A DNA stretch of 64,000 nucleotides from Candidatus Latescibacterota bacterium (GTDB taxonomy: Bacteria; Latescibacterota; UBA2968; UBA8231): assembly GCA_965197905.1 (NCBI GenBank), contig CBDAOB010000001.1:131332-195331 (forward strand), given 5' to 3'. Numbering within the stretch: position 1 is the first letter of the stretch; every line of letters begins with the position of its first letter. This document shows positions 1-11,136 of this stretch, piece after piece. Below the pieces are notes generated by a model. It saw nothing but the letters and a program-made list of their open reading frames with translations. It was not told where the DNA came from and ran no database searches. The position numbers and the translations under genes were made by a program.

Positions 1-2203
1 GTAGAGATACGGCAACATCCTGACTGGTGAGACCGGCGCGGCGCGCTCGCGGCTGATCGATGCGGACCACCAGCTTCTTAGTCCAGGCGCCCCAATTGTC
101 GCTGATGTTCTTGGTCCCGGGGATCGCGGCAAGCTGGGTCTTTACCCGGTCGACGAACTTGAACACCTCGTCGATCTCTTCGCCGGAGATTCGCACCTCG
201 ATCGGATCCATGACCGGTGGCCCATTGACGAGGCTGCGAATATCTGGTTTCACATCCGGAAAGTTCTCGAGGCAGAACCGCTCCAGCTTGGCAATCAGAT
301 CTGAGACGACCTCATAGGAGGAGGTGTTGACCAGCATCATGGTGTATTCAGGGCTGGCGTGGCGCGGATTGAACGGCAGCGCAAACTTCGGCGGTCCCTG
401 ACCTACGAAGGTCGCCCAGTTGACCACTCCCTCGGGTCTGCCCTCGCCAGCCGTGAGCTCTTCTTCCAAAAACTGATCCACCCTCCGCGCGAAGGCCTCG
501 GTGCGTTCGATGGGTGCCCCGATGGGCAGCTCGAATTCGGCCGTCAGGGTCGCCTGATCCTTGGCCGGAAAGAAGATTTGCGGAATAAATCCGAACCCCT
601 GCATCGCCAGGAAGAAGACGGCGACGGCGCCCGCAACGCTGAGCAGTCGATGCCGCAACGCAGTCAGCAACACTCCGCGATAGCGGCGGTAGAGCGGGGA
701 GCCGAAACTCTCCTCCTGACTCTTCTGTTTGACCTTCATGAAGGTAACGCACAACATCGGTATCATTGTCAGCGAAAGCACCCATGAGCTCAGCAGGGCG
801 ATGCTCACCACTTGAAAGAGCGGGGCTGTGTACTCCCCGACCGTCGATTCCGCCAGGTAGATCGGCAAAAAGGCCGCTGCGGTCGTGAGGGAAGAGGTGA
901 GCAAAGGGATCCGCAGCTCCCGCGCCGATTCCAGCGCCGCGTCCAGCGCCGCGGTGCCGCGAGCGATTCCCACCATGATCGATTCAGACATCACGATGGC
1001 GTTGTCCACCAGGAGTCCCAGGGCGATGATCAGAGCCGTGCGGGACATCTGATCGAGGCCGATCTCGAACTGATCCATGATCAACAGGCTCAAGACCATG
1101 GTCATCGGTATAAGGGTTGAAACGACGAGACCAGTGCGCACGCCGAGACTCAGCAGCATCACCACCATGACGATGGCCACCGCTTGCAGCAGGTTGCTGA
1201 CGAAATCGTCCACCTTCTTGGTGACGATGTCGGGCTGGAAGGCGACGAAATCGAACTCCAATCCTATCGGATACCGTTCCTGGAGACGTTTTACGGTTGC
1301 CCGCACCTCGGTCCCCAGGTGAATCAGATTACCGCCCTCCCGCAGCGATATCCCCAGGGCCAGCGCCTCTTGGCCGTTGGCACGGACCCGGCGAGTCGGC
1401 GGATCGATATATCCGCGGTAGACGCGGGCGATATCCTCGAGATAGACCAGCTCCGAACCGCCGGGTAGATTGATGATGGTGCGGCGGAGGTCCTCCACCG
1501 ACTCGAAGTTTCCAGAAGGCTCTAAGACAATGCGCTCAAACCCGGTGTTTATGTCGCCCCCCGGCAACAGGATGTTGCGACTCTGCAGGATGTTGCGCAG
1601 GTGAACCGCTGAGATCCCCATCTCCGCCAGCCGGGCGTTGTTGTACTCGACGAAGATCCGCTCGTCCTGGGTTCCGTGAATCTCTACCTTCGCCACATCC
1701 TTGATCTTGAGTAGCTCGTTGCGAACCTGGTCGGCAACCTCCTTCAACTCCATGTAGCTGTAGCCCTCGCCCGTGAGGGTGGCGATGGTGCCGAAGACAT
1801 CGCCGAACTCGTCATTGACCAGCGGCCCGATCACGCCATCCGGGAGTTCGCGGCTGGCGCGTTCGACCTTGCGCCGTAGATCGTCCCAAATCGGACGCAG
1901 CTGGCGCTCGCTCTCCTGAATATTTACGAAGACTTCCGAAACGCCGGTGCGCGAGGTGCTGTTGACGAAGTCCAGCTGGGGAATCTCCTCGATCGCCTTC
2001 TCCAGCTTGTCGCTCACCAGGAGCTCAACGCGCTCGGGGCTGGCCCCGGGGAAGAAGGTGAGCACCTGGGCGGTGCGAATGATGAATCCCGGATCTTCAT
2101 TGCGCGGCATCTGGTCGTAGACCTGGATCCCGGCAAAAAGAATTACTATCAGCGCAACCGCGGTGACGCGGTTGTTCTCTATGGCGGCACGGGTGACGTT
2201 CAT
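1..2203 (-). CDS. RND efflux permease, AcrB/AcrD/AcrF family (3' end outside window)
   Basis: Own translation from ATG 2203: MNVTRAAIENNRVTAVALIVIL...PGASPERVELLVSDKLE...DEFGDV...ALGLLVDNAIV; the frame stays open to the window edge. Confidence 0.92.
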   Translation of the reverse strand, partial: MNVTRAAIENNRVTAVALIVILFAGIQVYDQMPRNEDPGFIIRTAQVLTFFPGASPERVELLVSDKLEKAIEEIPQLDFVNSTSRTGVSEVFVNIQESERQLRPIWDDLRRKVERASRELPDGVIGPLVNDEFGDVFGTIATLTGEGYSYMELKEVADQVRNELLKIKDVAKVEIHGTQDERIFVEYNNARLAEMGISAVHLRNILQSRNILLPGGDINTGFERIVLEPSGNFESVEDLRRTIINLPGGSELVYLEDIARVYRGYIDPPTRRVRANGQEALALGISLREGGNLIHLGTEVRATVKRLQERYPIGLEFDFVAFQPDIVTKKVDDFVSNLLQAVAIVMVVMLLSLGVRTGLVVSTLIPMTMVLSLLIMDQFEIGLDQMSRTALIIALGLLVDNAIVMSESIMVGIARGTAALDAALESARELRIPLLTSSLTTAAAFLPIYLAESTVGEYTAPLFQVVSIALLSSWVLSLTMIPMLCVTFMKVKQKSQEESFGSPLYRRYRGVLLTALRHRLLSVAGAVAVFFLAMQGFGFIPQIFFPAKDQATLTAEFELPIGAPIERTEAFARRVDQFLEEELTAGEGRPEGVVNWATFVGQGPPKFALPFNPRHASPEYTMMLVNTSSYEVVSDLIAKLERFCLENFPDVKPDIRSLVNGPPVMDPIEVRISGEEIDEVFKFVDRVKTQLAAIPGTKNISDNWGAWTKKLVVRIDQPRARRAGLTSQDVAVSL

Positions 2204-2204
2204 C

Positions 2205-3300
2205 TCAATGGTCTCCCAGCAGTCTCACCCTCTGTCCGTCGACGATGCGACTGATGCCCGCGGTCACGACCCGGTCCCCGTCGCTGATCCCTTCGATCAC
2301 CTCGAAGTTCTCGCCCATGAAGTCGTCCGTGCGCACCTTCAGCGCGCGTCGGTGGACTTGACCAAATCCCTCGCCTGCCGGCACGACGACGTAGGCAAAA
2401 TGACCGTTGCGGTCCTCGCCCACCGATACCAGCGGAACGTAGATATGCTCGCGCTTTCCGGTGGCGCCGAAGCTGAGCCCCACCTCCGCCGCCATGCCCG
2501 GCCTGCAGTCGGGATCGGAGTGATCCAACCGCACCGTAACCGGGAAGGTAGTAGCGGTACCGGTCGAAGTGACGCCGACCTCGGTTACGTGACCGGTGAA
2601 CTCCCGATCCTTCAGCGCATCGAACTTTACGGTGGTTGGCTGTCCTTCGCGCACCTGAGCGATCAACAGCTCGGGTACGGCGATCTCAACCTCCAGCTGG
2701 GAGCCGGAAGTCAGCAACACCGCCGTCTGCCCGGGAGAGACGTTCTCGTTCGCCTCGATCCGCACGGCGGCAATGGCACCGTCAACCGGCGCCGCCAAGC
2801 GTGCATATCCTAGCTGAGATTGAGACAGCTCCAGCTTCTTGCCCACCGATTTGACCGTTTCGTCCGCCGATACCGCCCCGGCGCGGGCAGCGTCCAGATC
2901 GTTGCGCGAGGCGTTGTTGTTTTCGTAGAGCGCCCGCACCCGCGCGTAGTTCGAGCGGGCGTTCATGGCCTGCGCTTTGGCGCTGGCCAGACTCGCCTCG
3001 GCATCCTCGACCTGCAAAGCGGTAGTCGCCGTCGTCCAGAGCCGCGAGGAGCTGTCCCTTTTTCACCTTGTCCCCCACTTCGACGGCGACACGTTCGACG
3101 GTCCCGGCTACCTTGAAGCTGAGCTTCGATTCCAGCGCGGCGCGAGCGGCGCCGGAGAAGGTGCGGGTCCTTCCGCCACCGGTTGCGAACACCTGCTCGA
3201 AACGAACCGGACGAATTACCGGTTCGGGAGGCGCCATCTCCTCCGCGCACCCTGGCAAGAATGGGGCGACCGACACAACTATATAGAACGGGATCTTCAT
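2205..3300 (-). CDS. RND periplasmic adaptor (MFP), split by a 1-nt frameshift near 3017
   Basis: Lipoprotein N-terminus, LSFKVAGTV, GDKVKKGQLLA, then LAAPVDGAI in the second frame; the shift is at an AAA run. Confidence 0.88.
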
Positions 3301-3348
3301 GAGCTAACCTCCAGCTTGCGCTGTTTTTATAACCGGGGCTTCCGAAAC

Positions 3349-5715
3349 CTAATCTGGCTGCGCTGATTCGGAGCGTTCGAAAAATTCTTCTACCGCGGCA
3401 AACCATTCGTTCCGTTTCTCCGCGTTGGCGAAGAAGTAGAACTTGCCTATGGCACGCTCAACCTCCATTAGATCCTTCAGAAAGTCATGCACGGCGTTCG
3501 CGGCAGCTTCCTGGGCCAAAAGCGCAGCGTTCTGGGCGTCCAGGAGATCGAGCACCGAAACCACACCGCGGCCGTACGCATCTTCAACCAACTCCAGATT
3601 CCGCGCCGCGGCCACCGCCCCGTCCTCGCTGAGTCCGATGGCAGCATAGGAAGCGCCGGCCAGGTGCAGGGCCGAGCGAATTCTTTGCTCTATCCGTTCG
3701 GCAGCCGCCTCTCGTTCCAGCTGTAATCGCTCGAGATCGATGCGAGCTTTGCTCGCGGCCGAGGATTTTGCCCCGCCGCTGTAGATCGGCAGCGCCAGAT
3801 TCAGACCTAGGGTCTAGTTGGTTTCATCAAGCGGCGCGTCGGACTGCTTGCCGCCGTCGACGAATTCGTTGGTGATTTCTCCCCGTGCTGCCACCGTGGG
3901 CGACCAGTAGGCACGACGCGCCGAGGTGAGTGCCCGTTGTTGCGCCGCAATCGCTGCGTCGAGCCGCTTCAGCTCCGGTGCCGAGGCGAGTCCATCCTGT
4001 ACCATGAAGCCGCGGAAGATCTTGAAATTCTGTTGATTTTCGATGAGCCGGATAAACCGTTGTTCGTGGGTGATCAGCTCTTCGTGAAAGAGTCCGGTCT
4101 CTTCGGTGGCAAACGACTCCTCGAGAGGTCGGTGCAACAGTCTGTTGAGCTCGATCTCCGCCAGGTTGCGACGGGAGTTGGCGGAGATCACACGTTGCCG
4201 GCTGGTGGCGATCTGACTCTCCCAGCGGTACACCTCGGAGGACCCAGAGAAACCGATGGTCTCCCGCACCCTGGCCAGCTCGAGGTTGGAGCGGGTCAAT
4301 TCCAGGTTCTCCTTTTGGACCCGCTCAAAGGTTTTCGCCCGCAGCAGGTCGAGGTAGGCACGTGCCGCCGCCTGAATGATATCCAGGCGCACCTGTTTCA
4401 GCTCCAGATCGCGCGCCTTCTGCAGGTTCCTCTGAATAGAGACGTTCGCCAGCGCCGCTTCAGAATACACGAGCTGGGAAACGCTACTGCTGCCCGTTGC
4501 GTTCCGCTCCGGTTGCGGAGCGGTTGCAATATCGGCGTCCAGCGCCACTGCCGTCGCCTCGATGCCAAGCTGCGGTAGCAGCGCCGATCGAGCTGTGCGC
4601 ACATCCTCGCTACCACTGCGAACGCGCAGTCTTCGAACCGCCAGATCGAGGTTCGTCTCGAGCGCTTCCCGAACGGCGCTGGTGAGGGACCAGTGCCTTT
4701 CCACCTGCCGGCGGACGGTGTTGATCAGCTCCGCCTCGGTAACGACACTCCAGGGCGGATAGACCCCGATGGCACGTACCGTCGCCATGTTTATGGTCAG
4801 CTTTTCATGTCGAGAAAACGCCACTGGCAGTGTGCCCGCATCTTCGCCCAGGAGGATACTCTGTATATTCAGCGCGATACGTCGCCCCAGCCGCAGGATC
4901 TCGTTGGTGGGATATGCCCCGGCCAGGATGCCCCGCTCTACCAGGCCGGTGCTGAGAGCTGAAAAGCTGGGCAGGCGGCGCTCGATCAGTCCTTGCACCA
5001 GGATCTCGACCTCAACGTCTGCAAGGTTGAGCGGCAACCCGATAAATACCCCATCCACGTCGGCTGGCAACGCCTCCAGTACCGAAGCGGCGGTCCCTTT
5101 GGCAGGCACCGGCACCACCTCGACACCGATAGATCTTCCGGCCTCGACGAAATGACTTTGCAACGGGGGAATCGCCTCCAGAATGGACCCGCTGGCGAGC
5201 AGAGCGACCTTGTTGAACGGTGCGATTTCGCGGAAAAGGCCGAGGGTGTTCGGAATGCTGGCGGGAAAGGTGATATAACTCAGGTTCCTGACGCCACTGG
5301 CCTGTCCGGCCAGAGGAATGCCCTGCAGCTTGGGATCCATGATCAACGGCGCGATGACCGGCTTTGGAAGCGATGAACGATTTGCCGCCAGGTGGGAAGA
5401 GATCGGTCCGCCTGACAGCACCAGGTCTACCTGTGGATCCCGCAGCAGCTGATCCAACGCTCGTTCGATCCCAGGTAGCGTGTCATCAGCCACCAGGATC
5501 TTGTCGGCAGGAAACGATACGGCAAACTCCCCCGCCATGAGTTGGACGACCTCATCCAGCACCAGCTCGCGAAGCTCGGCGCGGCTGGCCGGTGTATTAG
5601 GGCCATCTACCACCAGGCCGATGCGGATCTCCGACACTGCATTGGCGCTCGAGACGATAACGCACATGAGCAGCACCGCGATGAGTGTGACCTTTGAAGC
5701 GAATCGACGGTTCAT
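3349..5715 (-). CDS. TolC-family outer membrane protein with N-terminal ABC substrate-binding-like domain; internal in-frame TAG at 3814-3816
   Basis: ORFs 3814-5715 and 3349-3615 share a frame; reads DETN*TLGLNLALPIYSGG; OEP motifs YLDLLRA and G..S.LDLLDAQ. Confidence 0.82.
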
Positions 5716-6482
5716 GGGTTGATGGCTCCTTGACCGGCCGGTTGAAATCCCTGCTGCAACATCGTGGAGGTGACCGTCTCAATCGCAGCACCGCCACCGA
5801 CGTAGATGCCCCACAGAACAAGCATTGCGATAAGAGCTCTTCGTTGCGAGACATCGCCCATTACCGACATGCCGGTTGCTATTACCAGAACCTGCCAGAC
5901 GTCGAAAAAATTGATGTCGGTCAATGCGCGGCCGGCAAAGGTGTGAACCATGTTTTCAGGGACGAACCAGCCCATGCCCGTTTGCACGATCGGGGACTGC
6001 TGGATGTTTTTCAGAATCGCGCTGGCGATCCACTCCAGTCCCATCACCATCGAGGCATAGCCCTTGATCACCAGAGCTTGGCGAAACGATACATCCACCT
6101 CGAACAGGGAGCGTAGCATCACCTGCAAGATGAACGCGACCACCACCAGCGAGATGAAGGTGCCCAGCGGAATCATGATCCAGCCCTGGGTTTTGAGCAT
6201 CTCCATGCTGGCCAGATAATGCTCCCGTTGTTGCTCATGCATCTGTTGCAGCTGTCCCTGCAGCACGGGCGAGTCCAGGTCGTCCATCAACGGAAGACTC
6301 AGCGCGTGCGACATCAAACCCATCAAACTCACAACGACAGCAGGTAGAAACCAGTCGAGCCAGCCCTCTCTTCCAGCGACCGCCTCGAAGCTGGATCTGG
6401 GGGCGTAATACACACGCTTGAGGCGTTCCTGTATCGTCAGCGCTTCACCTGAGAAAACCGATCCCATTTCTTGTTCCAGCAA
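5712..6482 (-). CDS. Yip1-domain membrane protein
   Basis: YYAPRSSFEAV N-terminal motif, about five TM helices, INFFDVWQ. Confidence 0.7.
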   Translation of the reverse strand: MLEQEMGSVFSGEALTIQERLKRVYYAPRSSFEAVAGREGWLDWFLPAVVVSLMGLMSHALSLPLMDDLDSPVLQGQLQQMHEQQREHYLASMEMLKTQGWIMIPLGTFISLVVVAFILQVMLRSLFEVDVSFRQALVIKGYASMVMGLEWIASAILKNIQQSPIVQTGMGWFVPENMVHTFAGRALTDINFFDVWQVLVIATGMSVMGDVSQRRALIAMLVLWGIYVGGGAAIETVTSTMLQQGFQPAGQGAINP

Positions 6483-6665
6483 TGTTCACTCCCTCGTGAA
6501 ACGATGAATATATCAATAATTTTCGACCAGAAAACCCGATGGTCGCTTCACTCTGGCTCTCGAGCAGTTGCTTATTAGATTGAGACCCTGGATCGCAACC
6601 GACGGGTGCTGCGTCTAACATAGGTCGACTCGGCGCAAGATGGTCCGTTTCAGACGGAGATCGAG

Positions 6666-8882
6666 ATGAGCCGCATCCATGAATGGAATTTTCCGTTGCC
6701 CCGGACCCATACCGGGATTTTGCAGGGCAACGGAACCTTTGGGGTCATGATCTGGGGTGAAGGCAGCGTACTCAACCTTACCCTGGGACGCGCCGACCTC
6801 TGGGATCGCCGCGGGGGTCTGGACTGGTCGGCCGAGCAGACCTACAGCACCATTCGTTCGCTGCTCGAGCAAAGGGACGAACCGGGCCTGAAAAAGCTGT
6901 TCGAGGACAGCGATCGACCCGCCGGCATTCCGCGGCGCCCCTCTGTACTTCCCCTCGGTCGATTCGAGATCGACCTCGGCCGCGCCCGCTTGAAAAAGGG
7001 GTATCTGAAAATCGACACCGGCGAGATCGACCTGGAGATATCGGTCGACAACGCCAGCAAGCGTATTCGTGCGGTTCTCGATATGAACGCTCCGGTGCTT
7101 GCTCTGCGTTTCCCCGCCGGTTTCAAACCGAAACAGGTGCGGCCAATTCCAGCCTGGGAAGCCCTCGGCGAATACCTGCAGAGCATAAGTTTCGATCCCC
7201 CGGCGTTGTTGGAGCGCAAGAAGATCTGCGGATGGACGCAGGAACGTCCCGTTGATCCCTGTATATGTGTTGCCGGGCGACGAGATGCCCGCGTGTTACG
7301 CGTAACCGCCGTCGAAGGGGGGTCTCCCAAGTCAGCCGAAGCTTCCGCTTCGCGCCTGTTGAAGCGATCCGAAAAAGCCGGATTCCAAACCCTGCAACGT
7401 GAAAACCGCAAGTGGTGGTCTGCCTATTGGGATGACGTGCCTCGCATCGACATACCCAACAAGGACCTTTGTTTTCTCTACGAGTACGGCATGTATAAGT
7501 TTGCCGGGCTGACCAGTCCGCAAGGAGTGGCGGCCACCCTGCAGGGGCCGTGGATCGAGGAGTACCAGATGCCTCCCTGGTCCGGTGACTATCACTTCAA
7601 CATCAACGTACAGATGTGTTATTGGCCGGCGTATCACGGCAACCGCCTGGAACATTTGCGGCCCCTCTTCGATCTGCTGAAAGACTGGCGTCCCAAACTG
7701 CAGGAGAACGCCCGAAGTTTCCTGGGTATCGACGACGGCCTCATGCTTCCCCATGCGGTGGACGATCGCTGCGTCGCCATGGGCGGTTTCTGGTCCGGTC
7801 ATGTCGACCACGGCTGCACCGCCTGGGTCGCCGAGATGATGCACCGGTATTACCGCTTCACCGGTGATCGCAAGTTCCTCGAAGAAGAAGCCTTCCCGTT
7901 CATGGTGGGTGCCATGCGGGTCTACGAAGAGCTGTTGGAACGGAACGGCGATAGCCTCGAGCTTCCTGTAGGTGTCTCCCCCGAATACCGCGGTTCGCAG
8001 ATCGACGCCTGGGGTCGCAACGCCAGCTTTCAGCTGGCCTGCATCCATCGACTCTGCACCAATCTATCTGCGACCGCCGAGGAGCTGGGCTTCGAACCAC
8101 AGCCGATCTGGACCGAGGTACGAGAGCATCTACCCCAAGCTTCCTTGATCGGCGAGGCCGGTGAGGAACAGATAGCGCTGTGGGATGGGACTCGGCTGGA
8201 GGAGAGTCATCGCCACCACTCCCACCTGGCCGCCTTGTGCCCATTCGACACCCTCAATATCGACAATGAGGATTGGCGCCCAATCATCGAACGGAGCCTG
8301 CAACACTGGATCAAAACCGGGCCCGGGATGTGGAGCGGTTGGTGTGTGCCCTGGGCGAGCATGATCTGCGCCCGCACTGGCATGCCCGAAGCGGCGGAGC
8401 TCTGGTTGGAAATCTGGCGCCACCTGTTCACCAACGAAGGGCACGGAACCCTGCACGATGTCGACTTCGCCGGTTTCTCCCTCATGGGAAAAGGAGTGAG
8501 CGCTTCCAAGTCCACGAAGCTGGAGATCATGCAGATGGATGCCGGCATGGCCTGCGTCGCGGCGCTGCAGGAGATGCTGCTCCACGTCCGCGGCGGCGTG
8601 AACTATCTGTTCTGCGGAGCTTCCGCGAGGTGGCAGAGGGTCGGTTTCGAAGGCATGCGCACCGAAGGCGGATTCTTCGTCAGCGCCCGGCGGTGCGACG
8701 GAAAGATCAGACCGATATCCGTCACAAGCCTCAACGGCGGGGTGTTCCGATTGAAGAACCCCTGGGACGGAGAAGCCTTGTTAGAGCGCAAGGGTAAAAA
8801 GAAACGACGGCTCTCCGGAGTAGTGTTTGAGGTTGCGGCGAAACGGGGTGAGTCGTTCGTGCTCGCACCTGCCGACGGTTGA
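6666..8882 (+). CDS. GH95-like (alpha-L-fucosidase-type) glycoside hydrolase
   Basis: LQGNG.FG, LQGPW, PPWSGDYHFNINVQMCYWP, SPE, HRHHSHL, QMDAG motifs. Confidence 0.8.
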   Translation: MSRIHEWNFPLPRTHTGILQGNGTFGVMIWGEGSVLNLTLGRADLWDRRGGLDWSAEQTYSTIRSLLEQRDEPGLKKLFEDSDRPAGIPRRPSVLPLGRFEIDLGRARLKKGYLKIDTGEIDLEISVDNASKRIRAVLDMNAPVLALRFPAGFKPKQVRPIPAWEALGEYLQSISFDPPALLERKKICGWTQERPVDPCICVAGRRDARVLRVTAVEGGSPKSAEASASRLLKRSEKAGFQTLQRENRKWWSAYWDDVPRIDIPNKDLCFLYEYGMYKFAGLTSPQGVAATLQGPWIEEYQMPPWSGDYHFNINVQMCYWPAYHGNRLEHLRPLFDLLKDWRPKLQENARSFLGIDDGLMLPHAVDDRCVAMGGFWSGHVDHGCTAWVAEMMHRYYRFTGDRKFLEEEAFPFMVGAMRVYEELLERNGDSLELPVGVSPEYRGSQIDAWGRNASFQLACIHRLCTNLSATAEELGFEPQPIWTEVREHLPQASLIGEAGEEQIALWDGTRLEESHRHHSHLAALCPFDTLNIDNEDWRPIIERSLQHWIKTGPGMWSGWCVPWASMICARTGMPEAAELWLEIWRHLFTNEGHGTLHDVDFAGFSLMGKGVSASKSTKLEIMQMDAGMACVAALQEMLLHVRGGVNYLFCGASARWQRVGFEGMRTEGGFFVSARRCDGKIRPISVTSLNGGVFRLKNPWDGEALLERKGKKKRRLSGVVFEVAAKRGESFVLAPADG

Positions 8883-8889
8883 GACCCCT

Positions 8890-9879
8890 CTACCCGGTGT
8901 AAATCTCGCCGGCCAGGCGCACCTTCTGTCTGCCGTCCGCGTCGGCGAAGAGCCGACCATGGTATTTTGGTTTGCTGTTGAGTAGCACTCTCGCCGGGTC
9001 CGATGACCTGGTTTCAGTAGCCACAACGTCACCAACCTTGAGACCGCGCACCTCGGCGGCGCTGAGCGAAGCGCGACCCAGTTCTACTTCGACCTGAAGC
9101 GGGACCTGACCCAGGCGCAACCGATTCTGCAGGACCACCTCCGGCTCTGTCGGTCGCGCCATCTGCTCGTTCGCCGGCCGGTCGAGCAGTTTCAGGATGC
9201 TCTGAATCGTGAAATACGGATAGCAGAGTTTTATCCGCCCTTTCACGTTTTCGTCTTCGACCTCGAAGCAGAGCAGCAGAACAATTTCGCTGTCGTTGGT
9301 GATCTTCATGAAGTCCGGATTCGTCTCCAGTTCGATATCCTGAATATGCATCTGAATGATCGGTTCCCAGGTCGCTTCCAGATCCGAGAAAACTTTGCGG
9401 GCGAGGTGGTGGTATTCGTACACCTCGATCGGGGTCACACATCGCGGCTCCTGTCCGTTCGCGTCGCCCTTGCCGCCGAACCGTTTGTCCAGGTAGCCGA
9501 ATACCAAGGGCAACTCGAAGTCCATGAAGGCATGCCCCTTGCATGGATTCATCCTGAACTGATAGGTGAAGGACGGGTTGCCCAACGATTCCATAGCCTC
9601 CCGGTAGGTGGTCTGATCGACAAATGCCATCTTCACCGCGACCGGGGAGCGCATCAACCTGGAAAAGGTGTAGCCCAGCAAGCGGGCGAGGTTGTCGTGT
9701 AGCATCTCGAAGAAACGCAGCTGAGTTTTGTTGACCCGTGCCGGATGTTTGAAGTCGTAGTCCGTCACATTGCGTTGGGCGTCTTTCTCCTCGAACTGAG
9801 GGAATTGGCCGCCGGCAACTTTCTTAAGACGTTCCTTTTGAATGATGTCAGCCATCGTTTCCCTCCTCGGAGTCTTCAC
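8890..9879 (-). CDS. fliM: FliM-like flagellar switch protein (probable start ATG 9855)
   Basis: YDFKHPARV, HDNLARLL, FGGKG, TPIE, ETNPDF, C-terminal SpoA domain. Confidence 0.8.
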   Translation of the reverse strand: MKTPRRETMADIIQKERLKKVAGGQFPQFEEKDAQRNVTDYDFKHPARVNKTQLRFFEMLHDNLARLLGYTFSRLMRSPVAVKMAFVDQTTYREAMESLGNPSFTYQFRMNPCKGHAFMDFELPLVFGYLDKRFGGKGDANGQEPRCVTPIEVYEYHHLARKVFSDLEATWEPIIQMHIQDIELETNPDFMKITNDSEIVLLLCFEVEDENVKGRIKLCYPYFTIQSILKLLDRPANEQMARPTEPEVVLQNRLRLGQVPLQVEVELGRASLSAAEVRGLKVGDVVATETRSSDPARVLLNSKPKYHGRLFADADGRQKVRLAGEIYTG

Positions 9880-10831
9880 CCCCCACTTGTCGCACCGCGG
9901 TGCTAAGCTCGCGGTCCTCCTTTTCCAGGTTCGTCACCAGCCGCTCGCGCAGTTCATTCGAGGTTTTCTCAAGCAAGCTGCCAAGCGCCTGCGCGCCCCC
10001 CACTGTGCTCGTACGTTCCGCCAGCTCCATCAAACCCATGGAATCGACGACTCGATCGAGGACGCCGGCCTCAACCTCCCCCGGTGAGCCGATCCGCCGC
10101 GATACGTCCGCCTGCATTGACTCGGGAAGGTGGGAGAGGATGGCTGCTCCCTGATCCGGATTCAGATTCGCCAGTATCAGAGCCACCGTTTGAGGTAATT
10201 CCTGTTGCAACAAAGAGGCTACCTGGTCGGGCGCACACTGTTGCAGTAACTCGAAGCCGGAAGCTTTCTCCTTCTTGGCCCTGCTGATATATGCCCGGGC
10301 ACCATAACCACCGAGCGCCTTCTCAAGGAATTCACGCGCCCTGCCCTCGCCGCCATACTCCAGATAGTCCCCAGTTTCAATTCGTCGGCGCACCATCTCC
10401 AGAGCGGTCATGGCGCGGGCGTGGGTCACCTCGCTCAAGTTGGAGATAGCTCGCGTCGCCGACTCCAACGCATCACCCCCCATATGCCGAAACACCGTCG
10501 GAGCAACCTCATCGCCCAATACCAGCAGCACCGCAGCGACGATCTGTTCCGCATCGAGACCGCTAAGGTCCCCGCTCCCTCCTTCGTTGCGGTCCTGTAT
10601 AGTCCGCAACACGGCGGCAGCCGCGCCGGCATTTTGAAAGACGTAGGCGTGGGTACTGTCCTCCTGGATCCCTCCCGGTAAACGCTTCTCCTCAGGCTCG
10701 TCTGTCGGTGTCCATCCACGTCTTCTGGGCGTCTCGGGAGCTGGATGCACTTCCAGGTCTGAGGATGACGGCCATTCCCAGTCTTTTACGGTTGCGGGGC
10801 CATCGATCGATCCGAGTATCTTCCTGGTCAT
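9848..10831 (-). CDS. FliG-like protein (divergent, shortened)
   Basis: QELPQTVALILANL (EHPQ-like motif), QADVSRRI, VGGAQALGSLL, LEKEDRELS. Confidence 0.72.
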   Translation of the reverse strand: MTRKILGSIDGPATVKDWEWPSSSDLEVHPAPETPRRRGWTPTDEPEEKRLPGGIQEDSTHAYVFQNAGAAAAVLRTIQDRNEGGSGDLSGLDAEQIVAAVLLVLGDEVAPTVFRHMGGDALESATRAISNLSEVTHARAMTALEMVRRRIETGDYLEYGGEGRAREFLEKALGGYGARAYISRAKKEKASGFELLQQCAPDQVASLLQQELPQTVALILANLNPDQGAAILSHLPESMQADVSRRIGSPGEVEAGVLDRVVDSMGLMELAERTSTVGGAQALGSLLEKTSNELRERLVTNLEKEDRELSTAVRQVGGEDSEEGNDG

Positions 10832-11133
10832 GGCGCCACCTCCGTGGGACCGGAAGGATGGGCCAACCGCGTCATCCGGAGTGCCAGCTGCCCGACGCGT
10901 GCGGAGTGTGCTGTCTTCGGAACCGATAGAAGCCCTTCTCCAAACGGAACGCCTTCGACGAATACATTGTAGTTGCCTGTGTGGAGACCTGAGACAACCA
11001 GGACGTCGCCGGTGTTGAGCTTCCCTGCTTCTGCCATCGTCATCTTCACACGTCCCAATTCTACATCTAACCGTAGCTGCAAGTCTCCCAGGTGAGAGAC
11101 GTTTCGTTGTTCAACCGAGGAAGAGGTTGCCAT
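10828..11133 (-). CDS. FliN/SpoA-domain protein
   Basis: LDVELGRVKMT...LNTGDVL...VFVEGVPFGEG. Confidence 0.68.
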   Translation of the reverse strand: MATSSSVEQRNVSHLGDLQLRLDVELGRVKMTMAEAGKLNTGDVLVVSGLHTGNYNVFVEGVPFGEGLLSVPKTAHSARVGQLALRMTRLAHPSGPTEVAP

Positions 11134-11136
11134 GGC

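Noticed and set aside
60..2813. Plus-strand ORFs over the RND genes, and similar shadow ORFs elsewhere
   Set aside because: They are antisense or off-frame shadows of well-supported genes in GC-rich DNA.
3814..3816. Programmed amber readthrough or recoding
   Set aside because: It is a single case, TAG ends many other genes here, and the neighbouring gene is also damaged; mutation or error is simpler.
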